Positions 1-13,800 of a DNA stretch of 64,000 nt are shown here, one piece after another. The DNA is from Okamejei kenojei (Eukaryota). A program made the translations under genes and the position numbers. The DNA lies in assembly GCA_035221665.1 (NCBI GenBank), contig CM069147.1, positions 20,398,001-20,462,000 of the forward strand, written 5' to 3'. The notes below the pieces were generated by a model. It worked only from the letters and a program-made list of their open reading frames with translations. It was not told where the DNA came from and searched no databases. Position 1 is the stretch's first letter. The number at the start of each line of letters is the position of its first letter.

Positions 1-7
1 TTCTTAC

Positions 8-109
8 CCTGTTGCGCCTTTAATTTGAATCTTGTGAAAAATATAATCAGAATTACAATTAACAGTCCGCCCACTATACATCCAAGAATTTGTGTTTTGT
101 CAGTGGTTT
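8..109 (-). pseudogene. TM exon of paralog C of the V-C1 receptor family (ETTDKTQILGCIVGGLLIVILIIFFTRFKLKAQQG); upstream ectodomain exons missing, tail exons would lie left of the window
   Basis: 102-nt phase 1-1 exon flanked by ccag| and |gtaag, clearly homologous to the TM exons at 20969-21070 and 48592-48693. Confidence 0.8.
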
Positions 110-1829
110 CTGGATCTGGCGAAACATAGGACAATCTGCCACCGTGTGTGTGATTTGTTCCTTCGATAAATTCCAATATTACCTTACAATTCATGGACAA
201 TGGAGGACCGGCGTGGGGAGACCGCCGTGTCCTCCATTGTCCATGATAATGTGATTGTCCATAGGATAATGTGAACCATATGAACACATATTCAGGAATA
301 GGGAGACAAGAAAGCAGAGCATTTTAAGGTATCTATCCACCATGCTGCATAAAATATGCAATAAACACCAGATTCAATACTTCGTCGTCACATGTGACAC
401 GTCACAGTGAAATTATTTGCCTGCATACCCAGGGTAGCAAATAGTCGCCCATAAAGGACGCTTACAAAGTTACAAAGTACCCCCGCGCCAGGTCCCCATT
501 TGTTCTCTTCCCTTCCCTTCCACACGGCGGTCTCCCCACGCCGGGTCCTCCATTGTCCATGAATTGTAAGGTAATATTGGAATTTATCGAAGGAACAAAT
601 CACACACACGGTGGCAGATTGTAAAGAGGTTTGCTTATTAAGATAAAAGGATTGTATTTATTTTTGCAACGTAGCGCCCGGTACTTTGGCCCCAAGTTCA
701 AAATGTCCATGATCAATAAATGAACGTAAAAGTTCATTTATTTCATACTATCGGCTGAATTTCCCTGTTCTATCAGCCATATCCACGATAATGCACCGAG
801 CTTCGCCCACGAAATTCACCGCTGCTTTTTTGTAGTGTGCGTAGGACGTGCGAATGTGCGGGGATGGTTGTGCGGTGCGGGCTCGGTGGGCCGAAGGGCC
901 TGATTCCGGGATGTATCTCTAAACTAAACTATAAAGAAGGGCGAATTGGCATGAGACCTATGATTAATTCAACAAACAAAAGGTGATACGAATTGATAAA
1001 AGTAAAAGCTGGGAGTGTTAGAAAGGGAATCAATTATGAAAAAAACGTAAATATGTCAAGAGACTTTAGATTTTAAAAATCTGTTGAATTCCTGGAGATT
1101 CGTCTTAAACTACAATTGTAACGTCTTTTCATTTATTCCTCTATATCTAGTCACTCAATTCCTTTAAGTGTCCGAACTTTGAAAGCCACAGGCAAGAGTG
1201 AAACAAATTACAGATGTATTTTTAGTTTGGACTGCCTTATCATCTGAGTGACTTTAGTGTATAATCAAACCTATTCAAATATGGACATGAAATTAAGTGC
1301 ACAAGTAACTGACAGCTCTTCATGCGTTTTGTTCTCTTTCATGTGAAGATCATGTATCAGTTTCAGTGTATTACCTGACATTTTGTAGAGAAGTGCCAAA
1401 AGTCAGGCATTATAACATCATCTCTTTCAGATCAAAATAGTTGACTTTTTTTTCCCAGTGGCCCCATGATGTATCCGATTATGTTGGAAGGTCAGGTTGA
1501 ACGAAAATGTTTTCCTGACATCCTCTTTATAATATTATTTGGATGCATAGACTTTGCAGAGCAACTTTATGTGCAATTGCCTCAAAGAAACAGACTTTCT
1601 AATACATTGCTCAAATTACATTTTTATGGCCAGGTTAAGCATCGAACGTAATAAGGCGAGCATTCTGCAAATAGATTGTCTGAGCACAGCGCAACTTAAC
1701 TTTTAACCACAGAGTGTACGATATCATCAGCATGCCCGCGAGTGCAATTCTATTCTCTGCTGTTTGAGACTTTCCATTTGCTCGAGCTACAAACACACTG
1801 AAGGAAAAATGGAGACATGCAGCATCAAA

Positions 1830-2260
1830 CAAAAAACATTCGGCCCGGCTAGCCTTTGGAGAACGAGATACCTATCTACATTCACGCCATTTTCCTGCCC
1901 TTATCCTTTTATTCATTTTCTATTCGTGTATCTTCCTAAATTCGTTTAAAACTGTGATTATATCTACCTCTGACACCTTCTCTGGCAGATTGTTCCATAT
2001 CTTCACCACCCTCTGCATGAAAACCTCCCTCGAAGGCATCCTTTAAATATTTACCTCTTCCCTTTATACATATCTCTTCTAGTTTTAGACCCTTCCGCCC
2101 CTTTGGATAAAGACTGTGACTATCTTCCCTGTTTATGAGGGTCATAATTTCATAAACCTCAATAAGGTCACTACGCAACCGCCTATGTTTCAGTTTGAAC
2201 AATCCCAGCCCATCCAACCTCTTCTTGTATCTATAGCCCGCCCATTCCAGGCAAGAGGTG
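1830..2260 (-). mobile_element. Decayed CR1 LINE 3' fragment
   Basis: ORF 1936-2313 contains LGLFKLKHRRLRSDLIEVYEIM, the CR1 ORF2 C-terminal motif. Confidence 0.7.
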
Positions 2261-4872
2261 AACAAATGTGTAGGAAGGAAAAGCAGATGCTGGTTTAAAC
2301 TGAAGATAAACACAACAAGTCTGAAGAAGGATCTGGGCCCGAAACGTCACCCATTCCTTCTCTCCAGAGATGCTGCATGTCCCGCTGAGTTACACCAGCC
2401 TTTTGCATCAAGCTCAAACCGCGAACAAATCTCTTCTGTACTCTTCTAGCGTGACCAAAACGTTTCAATAGTGTTGTGAGCAGAACAAACATAATATTTC
2501 AAGAGTGTCCTAGCCAACGGCTAGTAGTGAAGCAACATAATGACCTAAATCTTATACTAAATAACATGCCTCTGAATGCAAGCATGTTTTACACAGCCCT
2601 GGGCCAGATGTCATGTTCTGTGCTGTGCCGTTCTTTGTGTGTAGAGATATGCACGTCTTGCAAAACATGTGAAATATTCCCTGCATTTCACAATTGTCTG
2701 CTTCACTGATCTCTTGTTATGTAGTTGGCGTTAACTGAAATGGCATTTTAATGCTTGCGTTCCTTTTATGGGTTACCGGGTAAGTGAGAACACTACGATC
2801 TAATAATCCAGCAATAAAATTACATTGCTCAATTTGATTGGAAAACTGATGTGAATGTGAATGTGAATCTTCCTTTCAATGCATATTCGAAACCTGCATA
2901 TTTTCTGATCGTGTGGTGAAATGTGCCGGAAAATGTGTTTTGATTTGTAATGGGATCTGAAATGCATTTCTTATTTGGCCTGATAAGTAACAGCTCTATA
3001 TTTTCTCTGGATGCAATAAATGAAACGAAGCAATACTTTGGACCTATACTTACTAATAGTTCACAACAACAAACTCTATTTCAAATATTAATTTCTCGCT
3101 TTCCTTTAAGGATTTGTACTCGCGTAAACTGCGTTTTTGCCTTAATGCGTGGATGCTGCTGTTTTATTGGAGTTGGGATGCTGAAGAAAGACGCGAGTTT
3201 TCATTTACTCCCTGAATGCAATTCAATACGGCCATCAGTACATTATCTTGTGATGCACAACACAACCAATTTGAAAATAAAATAACAATATATTTATCAA
3301 TGCTCAATGAACAAGAGTTTGGCTTGGGCTTCAAAATGAACGCCTCTCTTGACAGATCTTGGTGCCGAATAAGAACAATTTGTTTTTTTCACTGTGGTTT
3401 TATCATATGAATTCCTCACAATACATTTTACTGGAGTATTCATAATCATAATTTTATATTAGGACAGATGACCTAATGCAACATGAAAATGAAGAGTTGA
3501 ATTAGCATATTAAGAAGTGGTAATGTGGCTGCCGAAATCATAGTACGATTACAAAGTTTATAGATTGGGCAGCTGAAGAAGCGGTGTTAGAGAATGGGTG
3601 AACGTAATAACATTCAAGACTGTAGGATGTAAATAAAAGGATGTTTAAGAGTGGAGGATACTTACAAAAAATGGATACATTTATGAAACATAAATGGGAT
3701 TTATTATTTATCCCATTGGTCAATTGTGACTAATCCTCTACTGATATTATACTTATCGACCCGACGTTTGTATTCCATAATTTTCTGACTGGCCATATAC
3801 CAGATTCTTATTGACTACACGCGTGCGCACGCGCACACACACACGTGCTCCAGGCCACAGAAGACAAAGATTCACATACCCAGAGTAAAGACATTTCTCC
3901 TCATCCAAGTCTTGCGGAGCTGGTCAGTAATCGTCACTATAGACAGGGTTTAGGCCACAACGTGCAGACACGTAACATCGCGCCCGGGAATCTATGTTTC
4001 AGTGAGAACATCATCTTATCTTCTTTGTTCCAGTGAGATGACACACATTTCTCTCAACGACACGTCGGAAAATAGCATGGCACAGATATTCGAATAGCCG
4101 ATTGAACCTACAGAGTAGCACCTTCAAGTCAAAACCATCCTTCTGTACGTACCGATACCATATCTGCACACTCAACTCCTAGATTTGTCTGAGCAACTGA
4201 TGGACAATTGCAATAATGTGGAATCCCAGTGACACGGAGGGCTCTTGTAATGCAACCCATGTTTTAATTTGCTTACTGAATTGCATACTGTAAGTGCATG
4301 TTTTGGATTGATACATGCACCCTCAACTCTCTATACATCATTTATAATCCTCAAAACATTTTTGTAAAACCCTTTTCTATTTTGCTGGTTATGCCTATTC
4401 TACCGGTACTACCCGGCAACATGCATCACTCAAGCAAAGACTCAATTCATTCATCACGTCTGTACTTGCTCCTTCATATTCAGGATTGGGTAAACGGATA
4501 CTATAGCTTCAATTCGGACCACTTGATTACCATCAACACATTCTCTTCACGAGGCAATTAAACTCTTAGGTTTCTGAAATTTATATTCAAAATGTGTCAT
4601 CGTTATCCCGCAGTCTGGATATCAGGGCTCAATATATTCTTGTGCGGACTGGGTTTCAGGATTTGCTCCCTATGGGGTATGCTAATTGCCCTGGTAGTTT
4701 GATACGTTGCAGACACGATGTACATTTGTTTTTTATATTAACCTTACTCCGTTCTTTTTTGTAAAAGTGACAGAGTATGATGTATCAGCTTTTGAATTAT
4801 TCGCTTGACACTGTGAATAAATAATGTTCACATTTCACTTTCTCATCGTATTTGAACAGCTTTCCAACTATC

Positions 4873-5838
4873 CTGTCGCTGCAATTACAGCTGCAAGTCT
4901 TTTGGGGTATGTCTCTACCAGCTTTGCACATCTAGAGACTGAAATGTTTGCCCATTCCTCTTTTCAAAATAGCTCAAGCTCAGTCAGATTGGATGAAGAG
5001 CATCTGTGAACTGCAATTTTCAAGTCTTGCCAGGGATTCTCAATTGGATTTAGGTCTGGACTTTGACTGGGCCATTCTAACATATGAATATGCTTTGATC
5101 TAAACCATTTCATTGTAGCTCTGGATGTATGTTTAGGGTCGTTGTCCTGCTGGAAGGTGAACCTCCGCCCCTCTCAAGCCTTTTGCAGACTCTAACAGGT
5201 TTTCTTCCAAGATTGCCCTGTATTTGGCTCCATCCATCTTCCCATCAACTCTGACCAGCTTCCCTGTCTCTGCTGAAGAAAGGCATCCCCACAGCATGAT
5301 GCTGCCACCACTATGTTTCACAGTGGGGATGGTGTGTTCAGGGTAATGTGCATTGCTAGTTTTCCGCCACACATAGCGTTTTGCATTTATGCCAAAATCT
5401 TCAATTTTGGTCTCATCAGACCAGAGCACCTTCCTCCACATGTTTGCTGGAAGATGCTGATGCTGTTTGTTCACTAATGTTCTCTAACAAACCTCTGAGG
5501 CTTTCACAGAACAGTTGTATTTATACTGAGATTAAATTACATACAAGTAGACTCTATTTACTAATTAGGTAACTTCTGAAGGCAATTGGTTGCACTGGAT
5601 TTTATTTAGGGGTATCAGAGTAAAGGGGGCTGAATACCTTTGCACACCACACTTTTCAGTTTTTTATTTTGTAAAAAAAATTGAAAACTATGTATTATTT
5701 TCCTTCCACTTCACAATTATGCGCCACTTTGTGTTGGTCTATCACATAAAATCCCAATAAAATACATTTACGTTTGTGGTTGTAATGTGACAAAATGTGG
5801 AAAAGTTCAAGGGGTATGAAAACTTTTGCAAGCCACTG
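4873..5838 (-). mobile_element. Tc1-family transposon, truncated and internally deleted
   Basis: WRKVLWSDETKIE...PTVKHSGGSIMLWGC transposase motifs; end ...gcaagccactg followed by TA; same family as 28607-31290. Confidence 0.9.
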
Positions 5839-6754
5839 TACATGTAAATAAATCAGCATCTACTGCTAATTATAATTAAATATAGGTGTGATGCTCCAAT
5901 TTCAATCTACCTGAAGAAAATCATGATCTTGATTTTTTAAAGATTTTTAAAAAATAAAATCAATTTAAATGTTGTACGAATTATGCTTGAGGAAGCTTTA
6001 AATGGATGTTCTTACTCAAATCAAATACTAGTACGCATTCTATCAGCCCACACTGTGTAGTCTTATGTGTGATTATAGTTTTGTGAACATTTCACAAATG
6101 AAAATAAAAGTACCATACATGCCACGACATATTGACCATTAGCAATTATATTAGTCTGGATACAATTTTTTCATATTTAGCCAAAGTGAGAGAATATATT
6201 TTATTTTAAAAATTACTCGCCTCTTTGCTGTTTTTAAGGCGTTGGTGAGGATGGGAGGTTTTCATTCTTCCTCTTGAGTAACCTGCGTTGGGAAGACAGA
6301 CGTTTCAGCGGGTTAGGAATGTCAAAGAGCGTTGGAACTGCATTTCAATTTAGCCTGTTCATGGTCTGCTTGTTGGAAAACTGCTTTAGTTGAAAGTGTA
6401 AAGAGCAAAGACAACAGTTGGCTGACAAGTACTCCGGAGTTCGGTGCAGGAGATCTTGTCGACGAGTATTCTGGACCCACTGTTGAAATTACAGAAAATA
6501 TAATTTGGATTAACTAATAAGAAAAAAAAAAGATTATAACCACATTCCTGCAGAATGGATGATGTATCACTTAAGTGCAATTGTTTTCAGTTGTGTGGAG
6601 AGACCTGTATATTGAAGATGCTTTTTGCCACTAATACGTCAATTTACCTTAAATGTAGAAGAGTTTATAAAAAAACTTCTTACAAAGACCATTAAGTATT
6701 TTCTTTCTATCCTCTTTTGGACCTAAGGCATAGCAGGGCTGCCAACTCTCATAT

Positions 6755-7726
6755 GGAAGGAAGGGAGGGAGAGAGGGAAGGGGAGGGAGAGAGGGAAGGG
6801 GGAGAGAGGAAGAGGGAGAGGGAAGGAGAAGAGGGAGAAGGGAGGGAGGGAGAGAGGGGAAAGGGAGAGGAGTGAGAGAAGGGGAAGGGAGGAGAGAGAG
6901 AGAGAGGAAGGGAGAGAGAGAAGGGAGGAGGGGAGAGAGGGGGGGGAGGGAGAGAGAGGGAAGGGAAGGGAGCCTGGCCTGCGTTAGGAGAGGGACAGGA
7001 GGCGGGAGAGAGGGAAGGGAGGGAGGGAAGGGAGGGAGGGGAGGGAAGATATGGAGGGGCGGAAGGGAGGGAGGGGAGGGGAGGGTGGGAGGGAGGGAGG
7101 GGGAGGGAGTGAGATCGAGAGAAGAGAGGGTGAGGAGAGAGCGATCGAGAGAAGAGAAGAGGAGAGAGAGATCGAGAGGGAGAAAGAGCTCGGGAGCCCG
7201 AAAGAGATCGAGGGGGAGAGAGATCGAGAGAAGATAGGGGAGAGAGATATTGAGAGAGGAGAGGGGGGGAGAGAGAGCGAGAGAAGAGAGGGGGAGAGAG
7301 AGATCGAGAGAAAGGGGGAAGAGAGATCGAGGAAGAGAGGGGAGAGAGAGATCGAGAGAAGAGAGGGGAGAGAGAGACGATCGAGAGAGAGAGGGGAGAG
7401 AGAGAGATCGAGAGAAGAGAGTGGAGAGAGAGATCAAGAGAAGGGGAGAGAGAATGAGATCGAAAGGGGAGAGAGAGAGAGAGATCGAGAAGGGAGGGGA
7501 GAGAGAGATCGAGAGAAGATAGGGGAAGAGAGATATCGAGAGAAGAGAGAGAGAGAGAACGAGAGAAGAGAGGGGAGAGAAAGAGATCGAGAAGGGAGGG
7601 GAAGAGAGAGACCAAGAGAAGAGAGGGAAGAGAGAGATCGAAAGAGAGGGGAGAGAGAGATTGAGAGAAGAGATGGGAGAGAGAGATCGAGAGAAGAGAG
7701 GGTAGAGAGAGATCGAGAGAAGAGAG
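6755..7726. repeat. Polypurine GA-rich low-complexity tract with a recurring GAGATCGAGA unit, ending at an assembly gap
   Basis: Almost exclusively G/A on the + strand; N run follows. Confidence 0.95.
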
Positions 7727-7864
7727 NNNNNNNNNNNNNNNNNNNNNNNNNNNNNNNNNNNNNNNNNNNNNNNNNNNNNNNNNNNNNNNNNNNNNNNNNN
7801 NNNNNNNNNNNNNNNNNNNNNNNNNNNNNNNNNNNNNNNNNNNNNNNNNNNNNNNNNNNNNNNN
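7727..7864. other. Assembly gap
   Basis: N run. Confidence 1.
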
Positions 7865-8524
7865 AGGGGAGAGTGAGAGTGGAAAGGTGGCACGTCAGCC
7901 GTCCCATTCCGACCAAAGATTATAGAGCAGAGCTCCTCTAGGACCTTTGATTCCGACCGCCGCCGCCAAACCGCCCACCCCACCATTGCACCCAAAGATT
8001 ATTGAGCGAAGTTCTATAATCTTTGATTGCACCCTTCTTCACGGCTGGCTTGTGATCTTTGCTTGTGATGTCTGGACAATTCGAGGGACATAACTGGTAT
8101 CTGCCGCCGCGTTCCCGGACTCGAATCTGAGCTCGAAAAAGCTCGTGGTCACTGGGCATAATGTGTCCCACGGGCCATATTTTGGAGACCCCTGCCTTAC
8201 AAGAACAAAACCAAAACCGTTCAGAAGTGTTACAATTATTGACTTTATTATTGTGGTAAGTAAAGATCCATTACAAATAATTCTAATAACTTTCTAATGA
8301 AACCTAGTTTCCCAATGACCGTTGATGTGAGAACAGAAAATAACATTTTAAGTTCAGAATAATATCGACAGAAAATAATAATATTTTCTCACCTTTCTTT
8401 TTTATTGGGGAACCTAAAGAAAGACAGGTCGGGTCGTCTAGATTGACAATTAGAGCAATTAATAGCAGAGCAGTAAAATGAAGATTTAGATGTAGATGCC
8501 ATCTTTGGTCGAGGCTTCCTGGTA

Positions 8525-9965
8525 AAGAAAGAAAGGTGGAGCCAGTGGACTGAGGAAGAGCTGAGAAGGGGAGGAGAAAGTAAGGACTATCTGAAATTAG
8601 AGAAGTCAATGTTCATATCGCTGAGGTGCAAACTGCCCAAGCGAAACATGAGGTGCTGCTCCTCCACTTCACAGTGATCCTCACTCTGGCCATGGAGGAT
8701 GCCCAGGACACAAAGATCGGATTCGGAATGGGAGGGGGAGTTGAAGTGCTGAGCCACTGTGAGATCAGGTTGGTTATTGCGAACCAAGCGGAGGCTTTCG
8801 GTGAAGTGATCGCCAAGCCTACGCTTGGTCTCAACGATGTAGAACAGCTGACATCTAGAGCAGTGGATGCAATAGGTGAGGTTCAAGGAAGTGCAGGTGA
8901 ACCTTTGCCACACCTGGAAATATTGCCTGGGTCCGTGAATGGAGTCAAGGGGGGAGGTGAAGCATTTCTTGCGGTTGCAAGGGAAAGTGCCCGGAGAGGG
9001 TGTGGTTCGGGAGGGAGCGGTCTCTGCGGAAACCAGACAAGGGAGGAGTTGGAAAGCTGTGGCAAGTGGTGGGATCACATTAGAGGTGTCCCTTCTATAC
9101 CCCGTGACGCTGCTCTCAGTCCCCATCCCCCTACTCATTACAAGTGCACAGTCCCCCTTGTCATCACCTTCCACCCTACCAGTCGTCACAGACAACAAAT
9201 AATCCTCCGACATTTTCGTCACCTCCAACGTGATCCCACCACTTGCCTCATCTTCCCATCTCCTCCCCTGTCTGCTTTCCGCAGAGACCGCTCCGTAAGT
9301 CCCTGGTCCATTCGTCCCTTCCCACCCGAACCACCCCCTTTCCGGTCACTTTCCCTGGCAACCACAAGAAATGCTACACTTGTCGCTTCACCTCCCCCTG
9401 GACTCCATTCAAGGACCCAAGCAGTCTTTCCGGGTGTGGCAGAGGTTCACCTGCACCTCCTCCCCTCATCTATTGCATCCGCTGCTCTAAATGTCAGCTG
9501 CTTTACATCGTAGGCTTGGTGATCGCTTCACTGAACACTTCCGCTTGGTTCGCAATAACCAACCTGATCTCCCGGTGGCTCAGCACTTCAACTCCCCCTC
9601 CCATTCCGAATCCGTCCTTTGTGTCCTGGGCCTCCTCCATGGCCAGAGTGAGGACCACCGTAAATTGGAGGAGCAGCACCTCATATTTTGCTAGGGCATT
9701 TTGCACCCCAGTGGTATGAACATTGACTTTTCTAATTTCAGGTAGTCCTTACTTTCTCCTCCCCTTCTCAGCTCTCCCTCAGCCCACTGGCTCCACCTCT
9801 TCCTTTCTTCTTCCCGCCCCCTCTCATGCTTACATCAGTCTGAAGAAGGGTTTCGACCCGAAACGTTGCCTATTTCGTTTGCTCCATATTGCTGCCTCGC
9901 ACGCTAGGTTTCTCCAGCATTTTTTGTCTACCTTCGATTTTCCAGCATCTGCAGTTCCTACTTAA
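8525..9965. mobile_element. Penelope-like element(s) in inverted arrangement (minus arm ~8525-9088, plus arm ~9089-9965)
   Basis: GIY-YIG-like YCIHCSRCQLFYIVETKRRLGDHF on both strands; the arms are reverse complements. Confidence 0.85.
9840..9870 (+). ncRNA. Minimal hammerhead-ribozyme-like motif in the Penelope terminal repeat
   Basis: CTGAAGA-A-GGGT ttcg ACCC-GAAA-CGTT: CUGANGA and GAAA cores, helix II, palindromic minimal helix III. Confidence 0.55.
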
Positions 9966-10184
9966 ACAGATGTATGCAACATTTGCTCACAAAGTGGTCC
10001 ATGGTGTCATTGGCAGCCTCACGAATGACGCGCTGATGTTCTGCTGTGTGCTATCTCCTTGTTTTCTTTTCTGAGGGAAGTTTGAGGGGCATATGGGGAG
10101 AATTATATGCTATTCGCTTACGATTAGTGTACATAGGTATTTGGTGGCTAATGTGAATTTGTGAGCCAATAGTCTCTATCTGGA

Positions 10185-11315
10185 TTAGACACAAAAAGCT
10201 GGAGTAACTCAGCGGGACAGGCAGCATCTCTGGAGAGACGGGTCAGGTCGGGTTGGGTCGGGTCGAGACCTTTCTTCAGACGGCTTGGGGATAAGGGAAA
10301 CGAGAGATATAGACGGTGACATGGAGAGATAAAGAACAATGAATGAAAGATATGTCAAAAAGTAATGATTATAAAGGAAACATTGTAAAGGTTCATTGTA
10401 AGCTGTGTGTAGGGTGAAAATGCAAAGCCATTTGGGTGGGAATACTGGGGCTACCTGAAGTGAGATAAATCAATATTCATACCACTGGGCTGTAAGTTGC
10501 CCAAGCAAAATATGAGATGCTGTTCCTCCAATTTGCGTTTAGCCTCACTCTGACTATGGAAGAGACTGAGGGCAGAAAGGTCTGGGAAAGAATAAGAAGG
10601 AACATTAAAGTGTCCAGCAACCAGGAAATCAGGTTGGTTCACGCGGGCTGAGCGAAGGTGTTCCGTAAAACGATCGCCCAGTCTGCGTTTGGTCTCGCCA
10701 TTGTAGAAGAATCCACATCTTGAACAACAGATAGTAGATGAGGTTGGAGGAGGTGCAAGTGACCCTCTGCCTAACCTGAAAGGATTGTCGGGGTCACCGC
10801 ACAGAAATGATGGAGGAGGTATAGCGATGGGTGTTGCATCTTTTGCGGTTGCAGAGTACGGTACCTGGGGTTTGAGAGGGAAGAGACGAGTTATCCAGGG
10901 AGTTGCGGAGGGAACGGTCTCTGCAGAAGGTGGAAAGGGGTGGAGATGGAAAAATGTAGCTAGTGGTGGGATCCTGTTGGAGGTGACGGAAATTTGGGTT
11001 GATTATGTGTTGCATGCGACGGCTGATGGGGTGGAAGGTAAAGAATAGGGGGGTCTCTGTTTCTGTTGCGACGAGGGGATGGGGCGAGGGCAGAGCTGCG
11101 GGGTACCGAGGAGACAAAGGTGAGGGCCTCATCTATGATGGGAGAAGGGATCCCCCATTCCGTAAAGAATGAGGACATCTCGGATGTTCTGGTATGGAAC
11201 ACTTTATGTTGGGTGCAGATGCGGTGTAGACGGAGGAATTGGGAGTGGGCCATAGAGTCTTTGCAGGAAGCAGGGTGGGAAGATGTGTAGTCGAGATAGT
11301 TGTGGGAGTCAGTGT
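10185..11315 (-). mobile_element. Penelope-like element fragment (RT C-terminus, GIY-YIG, terminal repeat)
   Basis: KHTDSHNYLDYTSSHPASCKDS...SQFLRLHRIC; KLEEQHLIFCLG. Confidence 0.85.
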
Positions 11316-11989
11316 GTTTGAAAAGTTTGCAATAGATAAGAAATAGAGTTATTGACTGATGTCTCACAAACCCTGAAATCCCACGTGGCAATCCAAGGTG
11401 CAGAATTATATTGGTTGTTCGTTTCTTTCTCATCAGAAATTGACATTTCCGGGATTGTCTGTGAATAAAATTTACGTAACATTTATCGCTTTACTTCATT
11501 AGTCCAAATACGAGACTCGTGAAACATTGGTTATATGTTCGAGTATTGCATGATGCTTTGGCTAACTGTTGCTATTAATAATCTGCAACAGTAACCTGCA
11601 TGGACTTGAAAGCATTAGTAGATTTAGTTGGTCGAGGCAGAACTGAAGATTTCTAAACAGAAATTACTGAATAATGCAAGCAAGGAAGTAGCTCAGGAGC
11701 TTGCATGTGGACGAGTGATCTTAAAATGCCAGGCACGTCACTGGGATGTCGATTTGTCTCTGTTGAACCTCTCGCTATGATACTTATTGAAGACACTATT
11801 CTTCAAATTTTAATTGGACTCCGATGTAGGAAGATTTGATATTTATAAGGAAAATTAGTCATGAAATTAAGCATGATGGGAAAAATGGGCAACATAGGGA
11901 ATTTAAGTAGTGAGGCAATAAATAGATTGATCGTAATTTTTACACTCCACGGAATAACCGGTTGAGTTAAAATAATCATTAGAGGTTGT

Positions 11990-13800
11990 AAACTAAGCTG
12001 ATGGCAACACAATCAAAGAGGGAGAAGTAACATTTATTGCACCCATTTGTTCGACAAATAGGGTTTCTATCGACCTTCTGTTCAAAGTGAGCACAACATG
12101 CATTTAGCTGATTGGGGAGGGACCCGTTATCACCAGCAATACTGCTGATCTTCGCCTTGTAACATATCATAACACGCAAGCCTTCACACAATCCACGGAT
12201 GTCTATGCCATTGCCCTAGGACTCTAGCATGGCCCCCAATTTCCTCTTGGCATTCTAAATGGCTTTGTTAGTGTCGTAGATTAAGGGTTCCCAATCTGGG
12301 GTCAATTTACCACAGGAAGTAAATTTTGCCTACCCAAGGGGTAGATTTCTTGATTCTGGATTTTACATATTTATTCTCATTGACTGACTGTGTTTGGTTC
12401 TGGTATTCCGGTATCTGTTCATCATTCGTTGTTCATAAATAAGTGAAATAACATTGTTATGTGCTATTAAAGTTGCCAGTGGTAAACGGGACGAAAAAGG
12501 TTGGGTACCTCTACCTCCTCAGAAGATTGTGAAAATTCAATATGTGTATGAATACTCTCCTGAACTTATACACATGTATCTCATAGAGTATATTTACAGG
12601 TTGCATCATAGCCTGGTTTGACAACTCTAATGCTCAGGAAGTAAGGAGATCACAAAGAGTAGTGGACATTGCCTGGTGTATCATGGGTACTGGCCTGCTC
12701 ACTTCAAAGGGATCTACAGGAGGCATTGCCTCAAAGAGGTAACCATCATCGCAAAAGACCCACTGTACCCTGCCATGCTCTCATTTCATTTCACTCCTAC
12801 CATCAGGAGGAATGAATAGAAGTCTGAAACCCGTGACTGCCTGGTTCAAGAACAGATCCTTCCCAACTGTAATCAAGCTCTTGAACACTACACAACACCA
12901 TCCTCAGCCATGGACTACAGAAGATCTTTGGTTGCATGAAGGACTTCTGGCCTTTTGTACTGGTATTGGAGTGATTCATTTATTGAGATTTTACTAATTA
13001 TATTATCTATGTTTATTGTGCTTGAAGTCTTCATTGAGGCCTGTTACACAGCTGCAAGTAATAATGTAATCATTCCATTGTTGATTCTTATGACAATTGA
13101 CTCATGACTCTCTTGACCCCTTGAATATGGACCAGTCCACAGACTCAAAATAGTAGTTAAGAATCTCATCTGCGTCTTCAGACCAGCATTGCAGAACGTC
13201 TGTTCTGGATCACCTGGTGTCAATTTCGGCATGTAGGTTGGGGGCAGAAGCACAGCCAGTTGGTTGGATTTACCAAGGTTCAGTGCAGAATGAAGCACGG
13301 GTTATCTTTTATGGTTGTGTACCAGTGGTCGAAGGTGATTGGATCTCAGGTTGGTCAGGAAATGCACTGATAGCATTTTAGTAGCAGGCTCTTAAGGTTG
13401 CTCTGATTGAAGTCCATGGGCATTACGAACAAGGCCTTAGCGTACTTCCTTTCAAGGCTATCGGTGAATGTGTGTAGTTCCATGAGTGCAAGATTAGCAT
13501 TAGCATGTGGTGGGATGCAGTCAGCTAACAGGATAGTCAATCTGATTTCCGGTGGATGGTAGTATTCACGAAGGTTCACGGTAAAATATTCCAGGTCAGG
13601 GAAGCAGGAGCTTGACAGGACCTCAGAGTCCAAGCACCAAGTTGTGCTAATTAGGAAGCAGACCCCTCCACACTTCTAGCCTTGCCCAATGGCGCCTTGA
13701 GGCCCATCTGGTGTGGAGAGAAAGCCTCATGTTGACGCGGTGGTTCGCCATGTTTCTGTTAATCGGAGCATGCAGTAGCCTTAACATTTATCAAGTCTTT
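11990..13800. mobile_element. Rex1/Babar-like LINE fragments, scrambled, both strands
   Basis: ORF 13355-13633 (CFPDLEYFTV...CIPPHANANLAL...DFNQSNLK) is endonuclease-like; 3' ORF2 remnants at 12520-12900 on +. Confidence 0.65.
12282..12513. mobile_element. hAT/Charlie-like MITE
   Basis: Imperfect TIRs agggttcccaa / ttgggtacct. Confidence 0.5.

Larger units (their letters stand above)
6221..8502 (-). pseudogene. Decayed two-exon THAP zinc-finger domain (THAP12/PRKRIR-like, probably a DNA-transposon relic); exons 8393-8502 and ~6221-6490
   Basis: Exon 1 MASTSKSSFYCSAINCSNCQSRRPDLSFFRFPNKKER|gtgag; exon 2 WVQNTRRQDL...CCLCSLHF...LN*NAVPTLFDIPNP; C2CH signature and AVPTIF-like box; internal stops and a decayed acceptor. 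Confidence 0.8.

Noticed and set aside
6649-7995. Long ORFs (448, 296, 288 aa)
   Set aside because: Artefacts of the GA-rich low-complexity tract and the N gap
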